Below the pieces are notes generated by a model, which was not told the origin of the DNA, made no database searches, and saw only the letters and a program-made list of their open reading frames with translations. Made by a program: the position numbers and the translations under genes. A stretch of 41,857 nucleotides of DNA. Source: a virus. Lineage: Duplodnaviria; Caudoviricetes. The stretch is from positions 1 to 41,857 of the IMG/VR virus record IMGVR_UViG_3300050330_000101; one strand, 5' to 3'. Below, one piece after another: positions 27,348-36,410 of the stretch. Every line of letters begins with the position of its first letter. Position 1 is the first letter of the stretch.

Positions 27348-27887
27348 CTACGCGGCAACCACCATATCCGCCGGTATCCAATGCCGGATCATCCCGAATA
27401 GAAGCTCCACCCGGCCCTTGGCGTCAATACTGTCAATGTGTGCCGTCAGGCCTGTGTAGACGCTTCCATTATCCACGCGAACCAAATCGCCCCTCTTAAA
27501 TCGCGAAACCGGGCGCCCTTTAGCCCGCAGCATTTCCCGGTGCTTCTCGATCTCGATGTTCCGGATATCCATGATGGCGGAATGCGGCAGCAAGCAGATA
27601 TTTGCGGTGGCCCCATAGCGGAGAATGCGATTGACGCCACGAACACCCTCAATCTCGGCCATCGAACGACCCACGGTGCGCAAGAAGCCGTAGCCGGGAA
27701 ACATCGGCCTAGGATGCAACACTACAATCTTCCGACCATGCACATCCTTTTTCTTTGTCGCTCGCCGCTCGCGCACGATCGGGACGTATAACTCAAGTCC
27801 TAGCTCGTGCAGCCGCCATACGTTCTGCAGCTCTTGCCGCAGCTCGGTGAGGACGACACACCAAGGTGACTCTGCCGTGGCGTTCAA
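27348..27887 (-). CDS. NusG-family transcription antiterminator (probable late-gene activator)
   Basis: NGN motifs WCVV and PMFPGYGF; KOW motif FKRGDLVRVDNG..YTGL. Confidence 0.88.
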   Translation of the reverse strand: MNATAESPWCVVLTELRQELQNVWRLHELGLELYVPIVRERRATKKKDVHGRKIVVLHPRPMFPGYGFLRTVGRSMAEIEGVRGVNRILRYGATANICLLPHSAIMDIRNIEIEKHREMLRAKGRPVSRFKRGDLVRVDNGSVYTGLTAHIDSIDAKGRVELLFGMIRHWIPADMVVAA

Positions 27888-28354
27888 GCCGCATCCTCCC
27901 TATCTGCCGGCTGCGAATCTCCGTCCGTAGTGGCCGCCTCTGCGGCCAGCTGTCTGCGATCGGAGCGCCGCCGTTCAAATTCAGCGCGCTCCGCAAGCTG
28001 CTTGTCGATCTGCGCCTGCCTGGCGGCCGCCTCGCGACGCGGCTGCACAATCTCTTCGCATGCCAGATAGACTTCCCTCACCGTCGGAAGAAAATCCTTC
28101 TTGATCGGGAGGCCGTGAGCGGGATGCGTCACGTCGCGAATGACATCCTCAGGATACCGGGCAAGGGTTGCCGTGATGGCGGCCACGTAGGTGTCCGGAT
28201 CGCTGGCATCACCCTTGCGATAGCAGCCGAGGAGAAGCCGGGCCCGTTCCGTCGCGTATTCCGTCACCATCGCCTGGGAGGGCGTCGAAAGATCGGACCT
28301 TGTCGAGGAGACGGTCAGCGGCTTGAATGACGTTTCCTGATTGCTGTTTTCCAT
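27884..28354 (-). CDS. Hypothetical replication-region protein (possible helicase loader)
   Basis: Follows the initiator gene; Y...DA.DP..Y...L..YP...FLPTVREV..ACE. Confidence 0.55.
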   Translation of the reverse strand: MENSNQETSFKPLTVSSTRSDLSTPSQAMVTEYATERARLLLGCYRKGDASDPDTYVAAITATLARYPEDVIRDVTHPAHGLPIKKDFLPTVREVYLACEEIVQPRREAAARQAQIDKQLAERAEFERRRSDRRQLAAEAATTDGDSQPADREDAA

Positions 28355-29144
28355 TTGCGGTCACCGTGAGTTTTTCTGCTGGCTTAACTTCGATTTCGGG
28401 CAACGGCCGGCGATGCTCCGCAATCAACTCGGCCATCGGCTTTTCGAGGTAGTTGAAACTGATGATTGGGCGACGAGCGCGCTTAGCTATCACCTTGCCA
28501 GCCCAGACCATTTCACGCTGCGTCCAGCCCTGATCTAGGCACTTTTGCGTCCACATGGCGCAACCGCACCAACCCGGCGGAATCTCTTCTGGCAGATTGA
28601 AACCAAACGCCTTTTCCAGCGCGTCGGTGATGTCGAACGCTTCTTGCGAGATCGCACATGCCGCCCGCGCGTGCGTCTCATCATCATCAATCTGGCTTAT
28701 AGCCTCTAAAGTAATAGGGTCTGGTGAAGGTGACCTATTAGGTCCCCTATTAAGGGTTGGTATAGGTGATCTATCACCATCCCCTTTAGGCCAGCGCTTC
28801 CCGATGTGCTTTTTACCTTCAAGGGATTTCTCCGCATCGCGGACCATGCGCCGCGAGAAGATCGTTTTGGTATCGGTCCGGCTATAGACGCCTGATGACT
28901 CCAGTTCGGCCATGAATTTCATACAATCGGACTGCGCGATGCCGGCGAGGCTCGCCAGTTGCCGCACGGTCACCGGCACATTATTGACCAGCAGGTGGCC
29001 GTAGGGCTCCGCTTCGTGCATCAGGCAGATCATTTCGGCCCAAAGGCCGCGCGCCCCGATAGAGCACATGCGCAGCTTCGGATCTCCCCGCCAATCCTGC
29101 GGGTAGAACTTGAGCCACGGCCGTTTTTTGTCCGCCTTGGGCAC
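28209..29144 (-). CDS. Phage replication initiator (O-like, N-terminal wHTH)
   Basis: PWLKFYPQDW..DP.LR.CS..ARGLW..M.C.MH...SRRMVRD; central low-complexity linker. Confidence 0.75.
   Translation of the reverse strand: MPKADKKRPWLKFYPQDWRGDPKLRMCSIGARGLWAEMICLMHEAEPYGHLLVNNVPVTVRQLASLAGIAQSDCMKFMAELESSGVYSRTDTKTIFSRRMVRDAEKSLEGKKHIGKRWPKGDGDRSPIPTLNRGPNRSPSPDPITLEAISQIDDDETHARAACAISQEAFDITDALEKAFGFNLPEEIPPGWCGCAMWTQKCLDQGWTQREMVWAGKVIAKRARRPIISFNYLEKPMAELIAEHRRPLPEIEVKPAEKLTVTANGKQQSGNVIQAADRLLDKVRSFDALPGDGDGIRDGTGPASPRLLSQG
28717..28776. repeat. 12-bp-period imperfect repeats (candidate iterons/origin)
   Basis: GGTGACCTATTA, GGTCCCCTATTA, AGGGTTGGTATA, GGTGATCTATCA in tandem, next to an AT-richer stretch. 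Confidence 0.5.
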
Positions 29145-29146
29145 CG

Positions 29147-29434
29147 TCAGAGCATCCCCAACGATTGCATGTAGAGTTCGAGGATAGATTCCTGCTCGGC
29201 GCGCTCGTCGGAGTCCTGCTTGCGCATGCGGATGATGGTGCGCAGCGCCTTGGTGTCGAAGCCGTTGCCTTTCGCCTCGCCGTAGACGTCCTTGATGTCG
29301 TCGCTGATCGCCTTCTTTTCTTCCTCGAGCTTCTCGATGCGCTCGATGAGCGCCTTAAGCTGGCTCTTCGCGAAGCGGGTCGCGGGCTCGTCCATACCGC
29401 CGACGGCGCTGTTGTGGCCGACGACCGAATTCAT
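29147..29434 (-). CDS. gapR: GapR/DUF2312 nucleoid-associated protein homolog
   Basis: [48 protein letters not shown]...LYMQSLGM. Confidence 0.92.
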   Translation of the reverse strand: MNSVVGHNSAVGGMDEPATRFAKSQLKALIERIEKLEEEKKAISDDIKDVYGEAKGNGFDTKALRTIIRMRKQDSDERAEQESILELYMQSLGML

Positions 29435-29646
29435 TGCGCTCTCCCCTCAAGCGCACCTACGGCGCCGCGCAGATACGACATCTCCTGATCGGCGACCGGC
29501 AATAGCGGGCGCTTTGGCGATTCCCATTGCATGATGGCGAAGCCGTCGGCCGGCGCCGGGCCGATGTAGTTCCACCCCGCTTCCCAATAGGCCGGGACAT
29601 CGCTTTCCGGTATATGGATGATCGGGCAACGGGTGCGCTCGGTCAT
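29431..29646 (-). CDS. Hypothetical protein
   Basis: ATGA-coupled on both sides. Confidence 0.65.
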   Translation of the reverse strand: MTERTRCPIIHIPESDVPAYWEAGWNYIGPAPADGFAIMQWESPKRPLLPVADQEMSYLRGAVGALEGRAQ

Positions 29647-30017
29647 GACGCCTCCAGAAATCGAGGGCCGAGCTGGATGATCGTCAACCCCAAAGCTACG
29701 GCGATACGATATTCAGCAACAGCGCCCTTGCTGTTTTTCCAGCCGGGCAGCAGCGCCACGGCGTCAGCATAGAGGCAGATGAATTCCAGATCATCCCTGA
29801 GCGCCTCACGGAGATTGAAACCGTGTTCCTTGGCTGCCAATTCCTCGCACCCGGCGGCATTGCCCTTCGAAATATCGATGCCATGGGTCTCAATATCACG
29901 CTCGGCTGGATTGAATACGTGATATCCCGCGGCGCGAAGTTTAGCTGTCGCGGCATGGAAGGCTGGGAAATTGAACTCGGAGATACCGCGCATCGGTCCT
30001 GCGACGTAGATTTTCAT
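29643..30017 (-). CDS. DUF4406-family (nucleoside deoxyribosyltransferase-like fold) protein
   Basis: KIYVAGPM.G..EFNFPAF...NPA...LLPGW..S.GA..E. Confidence 0.85.
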   Translation of the reverse strand: MKIYVAGPMRGISEFNFPAFHAATAKLRAAGYHVFNPAERDIETHGIDISKGNAAGCEELAAKEHGFNLREALRDDLEFICLYADAVALLPGWKNSKGAVAEYRIAVALGLTIIQLGPRFLEAS

Positions 30018-30928
30018 TCTGCGGCATCCATCTGTGCGAAAAACCCGGCCTCACGCGAAAACAGGTCGTCCTGCCGCGCCTGAGCATCGATGTACCGGGC
30101 GGCCTGCTGGAAATAACTCTCCTTCAATTCGGTGCCGATGAACTTGCGGCCCAGCTTCATAGCTCGGACGCCTTCCGATCCGATGCCCATGAACGGCGAA
30201 AGCACCACGTCGCCAAGATTACTCCACATGACCAGAGCGCGGTCGATGACGTCGAGTTGAAGCGGACACAGGTGGCGCTCGTCGCCCGGTTGTTTGGCGA
30301 CCTTGACGTTGAGCACGTTGCTCTGATCGATGGTCATCCAGACCGGAGAGGCCCATTCCTGCCACTGATCGAGCGGGAATTCCGTCGGCGTATGCCGGAT
30401 CGGCTCCGGGTTGACGCCGGGCTTGATGAACGTGAGCAGGTAGTCCGGCATTCCGCCCCGGGACTTGCTGCTGTCCTTCTGCAACTGCTTGTAGAGCAGA
30501 CCGACATGCTTGGTGCGGGTCATTTCAACGACCGGGCATTTCCAGATGGTCCGCCGGCCATGGAGAATCCAGCCAGCATCCTCGTGGATCTTGATGATTT
30601 GGCCGGAGAAATCCTTGATGCCAATGGCACCGTCCTTCCATTTCGTCATCGGAAGATCGGAGCAGTGCACGGCCGTGATCCGGCCCGGCATCGTCACGCG
30701 CAGCTTTTCCTTCACCAGATAGGCGTAATGGCGCGCGAACTCTTCGTCCGTGCTGTTGCCCATGTCGGCAGCGGATTCCGAGTAGACGAACAGCGCCCCA
30801 AATGGTGGACTGTATACCGACATGCCGATGCTGTCGGATGGCAATTGGCTGATGACGTCAACGCAATCACCGTGGATGGCTTTCCAGCCATCGCCTTCAA
30901 TCGAGTTCAAGCAACGGATTGGAGCCAT
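30014..30928 (-). CDS. DNA N4-cytosine/N6-adenine methyltransferase (beta class)
   Basis: GDC, catalytic SPPF, then H.CP and SAM-binding VLSPFMGIGS. Confidence 0.9.
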   Translation of the reverse strand: MAPIRCLNSIEGDGWKAIHGDCVDVISQLPSDSIGMSVYSPPFGALFVYSESAADMGNSTDEEFARHYAYLVKEKLRVTMPGRITAVHCSDLPMTKWKDGAIGIKDFSGQIIKIHEDAGWILHGRRTIWKCPVVEMTRTKHVGLLYKQLQKDSSKSRGGMPDYLLTFIKPGVNPEPIRHTPTEFPLDQWQEWASPVWMTIDQSNVLNVKVAKQPGDERHLCPLQLDVIDRALVMWSNLGDVVLSPFMGIGSEGVRAMKLGRKFIGTELKESYFQQAARYIDAQARQDDLFSREAGFFAQMDAAE

Positions 30929-32307
30929 GCCGGCGTCTCCGTGGTCTGAATAGGGTCATAGGGGATGCGTCTGATCGTGGCGCCGTGGGTGGCCCGGCGC
31001 ATTGCATCGCGCATCGCCGCTTTCATCTTGGCGTGGTCCGCAGCCTTGCGATCGATGACGCGTCCGATCTCCCCCTCGCCTTCTGCGACCGCAAGATGGA
31101 CTTTGAGCGTTCGCTTCTGGCCAAAGCGCCACGCGCGGCGGACAGCCTGATACCAGGTCTCATATGAATAAGAGCGGCCGACGAACGCCATCCTAGCAAC
31201 GTGCGACCAATCGAGCCCATAGCCGCACATCGACGGCTTGGCGATCAGTCGCTTGATCTGACCGGTTCCGAACGCCTCAAGTAGTTCCTCCTTGTCATCG
31301 ATCGACTGCGAGCCGCGGACCTCGACGCTGTCAGGGATGATGGCGGAAAGCGCATCGGCCTCGTAATTCGTATCGCACCAGATCAACCACGGCTCATCAG
31401 GATCGGCCATAACAGCCTCAGCGATCGTTTCCGCGCGCGTCTGAATGGTTTGCCGCTTTACGTCGTGGAGATTGGTGGCCGATAGCGCGGGACCGCCGAA
31501 CATGCTAGCGAAGTCACGATCTGCAGAGCCATCGTTGGCCTGATGCCGGATCACCTCGAACGGTGGCAATTGGTATGCCGCATCGTCATCCGAATTGCCG
31601 GTCAGGTCAGACGGCTTTTCTGCCATTCTGGCCCATGATGCCATCCAGTCCCAGAACGCGCTCTCGGCGTGGCCCTTGAGCCGCCATTCCTGAGACGCTG
31701 TAGACGTGTCGTTGATGAAGAACCGCGATAACATTTCGTTGCCGGCCATGATCTCAAGAAAGTCGGCATAGTTGCCAAGCTCCATGTGATCGTTCGGCGC
31801 CGGCGTTGCCGTGGCGACCAGCTTGAATCGGGCTCCGCGATGCGCCTCCGTCATTTCCCGGGTGGTCGCACCGGTAAAGCTCTTGAAGATCGACGCCTCA
31901 TCGCAGGAAGCGATGGGGAACTCCAAGGCGTCGATCTTGTCGCGCCGGTCATAGTTGCAGATGTTGATGATGCCGGGCCGGGCCTCCGACTGATCGCGGA
32001 TGACTTTGGCCTCGTAGCCCCATCGCTCCGCGCGGCGCTTGGTCTGACCCGCGACGGCGAGCGGCGTCCAGAGGATTGCCGGCTTGTTGATGGCCTCGAT
32101 CGCCTTCTGGCAGAACTCAAGCTGCACCTCGGTCTTTCCGAGGCCGGTATCGAGAAAGCACCCACCACTGCCGACATGGAGTGCAAACTCCACGGCCATA
32201 GCCTGAAACGGATACAGGTGATCGGCGAGTGGCGGCACGGCCGGGAGGCCGCGCCGTGGCGCCTTTACTGCCTTGCTCTCAAGAAAATGCATGTAATCCG
32301 GCGTCAT
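30907..32307 (-). CDS. SNF2-like superfamily 2 helicase
   Basis: DTGLGKT, DEAS, TATPAPND, YQAVRRAWRFGQ. Confidence 0.9.
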   Translation of the reverse strand: MTPDYMHFLESKAVKAPRRGLPAVPPLADHLYPFQAMAVEFALHVGSGGCFLDTGLGKTEVQLEFCQKAIEAINKPAILWTPLAVAGQTKRRAERWGYEAKVIRDQSEARPGIINICNYDRRDKIDALEFPIASCDEASIFKSFTGATTREMTEAHRGARFKLVATATPAPNDHMELGNYADFLEIMAGNEMLSRFFINDTSTASQEWRLKGHAESAFWDWMASWARMAEKPSDLTGNSDDDAAYQLPPFEVIRHQANDGSADRDFASMFGGPALSATNLHDVKRQTIQTRAETIAEAVMADPDEPWLIWCDTNYEADALSAIIPDSVEVRGSQSIDDKEELLEAFGTGQIKRLIAKPSMCGYGLDWSHVARMAFVGRSYSYETWYQAVRRAWRFGQKRTLKVHLAVAEGEGEIGRVIDRKAADHAKMKAAMRDAMRRATHGATIRRIPYDPIQTTETPAWLQSVA

Positions 32308-33392
32308 GCGGCAGCCCTCAGACGCGGGATCTGTGTCGACTGCGCCAGGATGGCGGTCGGCTCGAACGGGTCGACGATCCGGAACGATGTTGCCCTGGGT
32401 CCGATATGAAGCTGGATCACATCGCCGTTGAGCATTTTCATCGTGTCGATGAACTGGCCCGGTAACGCCGCGACGAAGGAATCTGGCAGCGCATCCCCGC
32501 TACATCGGATGGTTTCGACGCCATCGCCACTGCCGGTGAGTGACAGGACAATCTCTCCGTCCTTGATAACAAGGTGCAACTGGCTGTCGGCATTGGCAAT
32601 AGAGGCAAGTCGATTGAAGCAGCCGAGCAATTCTTCCCGGTCAACCTCAACGTAATTCTTGATCAGGCCGGGAATGCCGCGGTTGTAGTCGATGTATTGG
32701 GCGTCGATCAGCTTGGTACAGAACCGTCGATCGGCAGTTTCCAGCGCGACGGTCCGCTCCGATACCGACAATTTGCCCGGCCCAAGGCGAACGATCTCAC
32801 CCAGCGCCGCCGTCGGCACGATGACGCCGACCAATTCTGGCATGGAGAGTTCGGACGAATAGCGCGTGAAGTGCTTACCATCGGTCGCAGCCGAGCAAAT
32901 CGCCCCGTCCGCCGAGTGCAAATAGACACCCTGCCCGAATTGGCGTGTTTCACGTGGATCAAGCGCGGCGCGAGGCCGGTCGAAAAGCTGAGTGATCGCC
33001 TTCGCATCCAGATCGATCGTCACCGGATTCTCACACGGCAACGGTCCTGGGAAGTCATCGGCGCCGAGGATCGGCAGCTTGTAGCGGGAGCGGCCCGACT
33101 TGATCGTGATCCGAAAATCGGATCGCTCGACGTCGATGTGCGCCGCCTTCGGCAATAATCCGACCAGCTGCACGATGGAATCAGCCGGCACGGCGCAAGC
33201 GCCGTCCTGTGCGCCATCGACTGCAAGGTATGCCTCGCTCGACGACGCAGAATCGTGCCCCAGGAGCGTCAGTTTCGGTCCGACAACGTCAAACCGGATA
33301 TGCTTGAGCAGTTCAGTCGAGTTGGCCTTGGCTCGCGCTTGCACGGACTTGAGGCCATCCAACAGATCGCCGGCGGGAATAGTGAACTTCAT
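32304..33392 (-). CDS. dnaN: DNA polymerase III beta sliding clamp homolog
   Basis: About 360 aa; SRYKLPIL.ADDFP, GVYL, ATDGKH, TKLIDAQYIDY. Confidence 0.85.
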   Translation of the reverse strand: MKFTIPAGDLLDGLKSVQARAKANSTELLKHIRFDVVGPKLTLLGHDSASSSEAYLAVDGAQDGACAVPADSIVQLVGLLPKAAHIDVERSDFRITIKSGRSRYKLPILGADDFPGPLPCENPVTIDLDAKAITQLFDRPRAALDPRETRQFGQGVYLHSADGAICSAATDGKHFTRYSSELSMPELVGVIVPTAALGEIVRLGPGKLSVSERTVALETADRRFCTKLIDAQYIDYNRGIPGLIKNYVEVDREELLGCFNRLASIANADSQLHLVIKDGEIVLSLTGSGDGVETIRCSGDALPDSFVAALPGQFIDTMKMLNGDVIQLHIGPRATSFRIVDPFEPTAILAQSTQIPRLRAAA

Positions 33393-33742
33393 GGATTGCA
33401 CCCCACTGCATCGAACATGGCGAGAATGGCGCGATCTGCCGCAGGGCCGTGGACCACATCGAACTTCAACCGTCCGACGGGGCGCTCCACTTCGTACAAG
33501 AACTGTTCGATCGCATTGATGGCCTCGGGATGAGCAGCGGCTTTGAATTCCGCGATATCCTCGTTTAACTCGGCGATTTCCTGGTCCTTGGCCTCAATCC
33601 GATCCTCAAGCTCCTTTACCCAGGCCTTAAGCTCGCCCCCGCGCGCCAAGCCATCGTCCTCGATCTGCCTTCGGAGACGGGCGATCTCGACGTGACAAGC
33701 CGAAACCGTTCTCGGGTATTGCTCAAGCGTTGCGGTTGGCAT
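33389..33742 (-). CDS. Hypothetical coiled-coil protein
   Basis: Heptad-rich ORF in the early operon. Confidence 0.65.
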   Translation of the reverse strand: MPTATLEQYPRTVSACHVEIARLRRQIEDDGLARGGELKAWVKELEDRIEAKDQEIAELNEDIAEFKAAAHPEAINAIEQFLYEVERPVGRLKFDVVHGPAADRAILAMFDAVGCNP

Positions 33743-34094
33743 TGCAGCTTCTCCAGATCAGGCTTTTGTAAACGGGATAGACATGGGCATTTTTGCCGGC
33801 GTCTAGCGTGCATCGGCGAGACATGCCGGACGGCCAGATCACGCGCTCGTTTTTTGCGCGCCGCCAAGGGCCAGCGTTGGCGTTCGGATGATGCGGCTTG
33901 CGCCGGAAGCGGCGCAACACATCGTCGATGTGAACGGTTTCTTGCTCCTTCGCGATGCCGCAAATGCAACGGTAGAGGACCTCGCCATAGCCCGGGTCGT
34001 CGATCTCTTGCGCCTCGACGGCGAGGCAGATGCCACGGTCCATCCGAACGAGGCCGGCGCTTTGAAAGAAGAATGGATGCTCAAACATGTTCAT
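33723..34094 (-). CDS. Hypothetical protein
   Basis: ATG 34094 coupled (ATGA) to the upstream stop; HPNA.AG...NAH..PVY.SL. Confidence 0.6.
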   Translation of the reverse strand: MNMFEHPFFFQSAGLVRMDRGICLAVEAQEIDDPGYGEVLYRCICGIAKEQETVHIDDVLRRFRRKPHHPNANAGPWRRAKNERVIWPSGMSRRCTLDAGKNAHVYPVYKSLIWRSCNANRNA

Positions 34095-34504
34095 CGCCCC
34101 ACTCTCATAGCCGCGGTGTTGCGGACGGCTTCGGCCAGAAACGCCCGCCGCTCCGAGGGCGTCATGTCGGGCGCGGCGGGAAGCCGGCTGCGATATTCCG
34201 GGGAGGTCCGGCTCATCGTGAGCGGCGCGGCCGGATTTGAAGCGTGCGAGCGTTTTGCCTTCCGCTTCCCGGCCTTCTTGGCGCGGTCGCGGAGCCTTGC
34301 GCGTTCGCTGGCGCGCTCCTCGAACTCGACGGCTTGCTGTACGGTGTAGCATCGAACGCGGATGCCGAGTGCGAGGGCCTTACCCATCACGGATGCCGCA
34401 GAGACGCCGAGCTCATCGGCGATCTCGGATGCCGATCGATTTGCCGCCGCCCGAGCTTTCAGGTCGGCCACCCGAGCTACTGTCCAGAATTCGCGCCCCG
34501 TCAT
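34091..34504 (-). CDS. GcrA-like protein (N-terminal HTH)
   Basis: WT..RV..LK......SASEIA.ELGVS...V.GK...LG matches the GcrA N-terminus. Confidence 0.7.
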   Translation of the reverse strand: MTGREFWTVARVADLKARAAANRSASEIADELGVSAASVMGKALALGIRVRCYTVQQAVEFEERASERARLRDRAKKAGKRKAKRSHASNPAAPLTMSRTSPEYRSRLPAAPDMTPSERRAFLAEAVRNTAAMRVGR

Positions 34505-35034
34505 CGTGCCCCCCCCCCGGCAATCTGGCGCTTGAGCAGATCGACCTCATCGGACAGCGCGACGTCCTTGGCCACCAGCGCCTCGATCTTGCGCACCGCG
34601 TGCAGCACCGTGGTGTGGTCGCGGCCGCCGAAGCGGCGCCCGATCTCGGGCAGCGAGCGCAGCGTCAGGGTCTTGGCGAGATACATCGCCATCTGGCGCG
34701 GGCGCACCACGTTGGCGGTGCGGCGCGAGGACAGAATGTCGGTGGAGTCCACGCGGTAATGCTTTGCGACGACCCGAATGATCGGCGCGATGCGAGGCCG
34801 GGGTGCCGCGGGCAGATCGATTTCATCGACGATGCGGAACCATGGCTCAGCGGGCGCAGGCGCGACCGGCGAGCACGACTCAACCGTCTCGGGCTCCGCT
34901 ACCGGAGCCGGGATCGGGGCCGGGCGGCGGACAAGTGCGCGGCGAGGGGCCGGGCCGAACAGCCGCTCCACCCGCGCGCGGTGCAATTCCTGAGCCTTGA
35001 TCTGGCTTGGTGTCGGATTGGATTGGTAAAGCAT
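34501..35034 (-). CDS. Protein with DnaA C-terminal (domain IV) DNA-binding domain
   Basis: [49 protein letters not shown]; no AAA+ domain. Confidence 0.92.
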   Translation of the reverse strand: MLYQSNPTPSQIKAQELHRARVERLFGPAPRRALVRRPAPIPAPVAEPETVESCSPVAPAPAEPWFRIVDEIDLPAAPRPRIAPIIRVVAKHYRVDSTDILSSRRTANVVRPRQMAMYLAKTLTLRSLPEIGRRFGGRDHTTVLHAVRKIEALVAKDVALSDEVDLLKRQIAGGGAR

Positions 35035-35054
35035 TGCCCCTGCCCCCTCAGCTC

Positions 35055-35579
35055 TTACTTCCGGGCCGGAGCCACGGCGCGATGCGATACGCGAGCCACT
35101 GAGCGCAGCGCAGCATGGTGCGCGCCGTAAAAGTCCTTGTCCTGAACAAGCAGGGCGTCCGCGCGCGCGATGGCGGCGCTGGTATCTCTGTCGGCATCGA
35201 TCGCCTCTCGGAGCTTGCGGCGGGCGCGGCGCTGCAACGACATGGCGTCGAGCGCGGCGAAGTAAGCGAGGGTCTTGCGCCACCAGGACGGGCAGGCGTC
35301 GCCCAGCAGGACACCGAGGAAATCGACGCCCCATTCCGAGCGCAGCAGCATGGCGATTGCGTCACTCGGGATCTTGGCGCCGCCGGTCAGCCAATACTCG
35401 ACGGTGCGCTGCGGATAGCCCGTGATTTCAACGAGTTCGAGCGCGGTCTTGAGAGGGAAAAGCCGTCGCGCCGTTTGCGCGATCTCGAGATTCGTCCGCA
35501 ACTTGTTGCGGCACTCGCCGCAAGTCTTTGCGGTCTCGAAATTTGCACGCTTGATCACGATCGCGGACGATACGCCCAT
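35055..35579 (-). CDS. CII-like HTH regulator
   Basis: [21 protein letters not shown]; position after cro. Confidence 0.6.
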   Translation of the reverse strand: MGVSSAIVIKRANFETAKTCGECRNKLRTNLEIAQTARRLFPLKTALELVEITGYPQRTVEYWLTGGAKIPSDAIAMLLRSEWGVDFLGVLLGDACPSWWRKTLAYFAALDAMSLQRRARRKLREAIDADRDTSAAIARADALLVQDKDFYGAHHAALRSVARVSHRAVAPARK

Positions 35580-35765
35580 GACTTACGCCTCACTGGTTAC
35601 GGGTTGGGATTGGGATGTGGTGTCGGGGTCGACCCGGTCACGGGAGCGGCGCTGGTGCGCCGCGTCATGCGCCTGTGACTTTGGGCGGTGGATGCCGGCC
35701 GAGCCTTGCGACTCAACCGGCATCCGTTCTTCGTTGGAGGTGTCAACGCAACCAACGGAGATTGA

Positions 35766-36011
35766 GTGATGACGATCAAAGACGAGGAAACGCCGCTCTA
35801 CTTCGCCAGCGCGTCCCTTCTCAGGGTCTTGCTGCATCAGTTTGTGCTGAGTGGACGAACGACGCAGGAACGCGCTGCGATTCAAGCCAATCTTTTCAAC
35901 AATGTGATGCACGACCTCAATCACTCGAAGGCCGACGAGCCTACGAAAAAAGCCGCGGCCAGTATCGTGGCTGCAATCTTCGGAGCCAGCGGGAATGAGC
36001 GTAAGAACTGA
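35766..36011 (+). CDS. Hypothetical protein, opposite strand between cro and cII
   Basis: GGAG RBS near 35757; helical 81-aa ORF filling the intergenic gap. Confidence 0.5.
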   Translation: MMTIKDEETPLYFASASLLRVLLHQFVLSGRTTQERAAIQANLFNNVMHDLNHSKADEPTKKAAASIVAAIFGASGNERKN

Positions 36012-36076
36012 CGGCGCGCGAACACCCCTGCCCCAGATCTCGTCGAATTCATCATCGGATGAGAGTCGGTATTCGA

Positions 36077-36328
36077 TCATGCCACCGTCCCCTGATGTTC
36101 AGGCTGGGGGACGGATTCGGGCGTCGACCAAAGATCAGGCCGCAGGTCGGAGGCAGAAACCTCCCCCCTCGTTGCCCAGTGGATACCAAGCGCCAGCTCG
36201 GGGGAAATGCGATTGCGGCGCTTAGCCTGCCAAATAGCATTTTGGCTAAAGCCGCCTGCGGCGCGGCCGAGCTTTGCTTCGGACCCAAGAAGCGCGACGG
36301 CTTGTTCGATGGCATCGGAAACGGTCAT
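36077..36328 (-). CDS. Cro-like repressor (YdaS-like)
   Basis: AVALLGSEAKLGRA..FSQNAIWQ...ISPE.A..I..AT.GEVSA.DLRPDLW. Confidence 0.85.
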   Translation of the reverse strand: MTVSDAIEQAVALLGSEAKLGRAAGGFSQNAIWQAKRRNRISPELALGIHWATRGEVSASDLRPDLWSTPESVPQPEHQGTVA

Positions 36329-36337
36329 GCCACGACG

Positions 36338-36400
36338 ATACACCTATTGGTGTATTAATCAACACTTTTCAGTGTGTGACGATAACACCTATATGTGTTA
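36338..36400. promoter_or_regulatory. OR-like region: three ACAC-N6-GTGT operators and divergent promoters
   Basis: ATACACCTATTGGTGTAT (36338), AACACTTTTCAGTGTG (36361), TAACACCTATATGTGTTA (36383); minus-strand TTGATT-N16-TATCGT. Confidence 0.85.
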
Positions 36401-36410
36401 GCGGAAAAGC

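Noticed and set aside
27469-27477. DnaA-box-like TTATCCACG (also near 24708)
   Set aside because: Single one-mismatch copies inside coding regions, expected by chance
34501-35334. Chromosomal dnaA/dnaN locus marking a prophage boundary
   Set aside because: Only domain IV is present, the clamp is divergent, and both are embedded in a coupled phage operon
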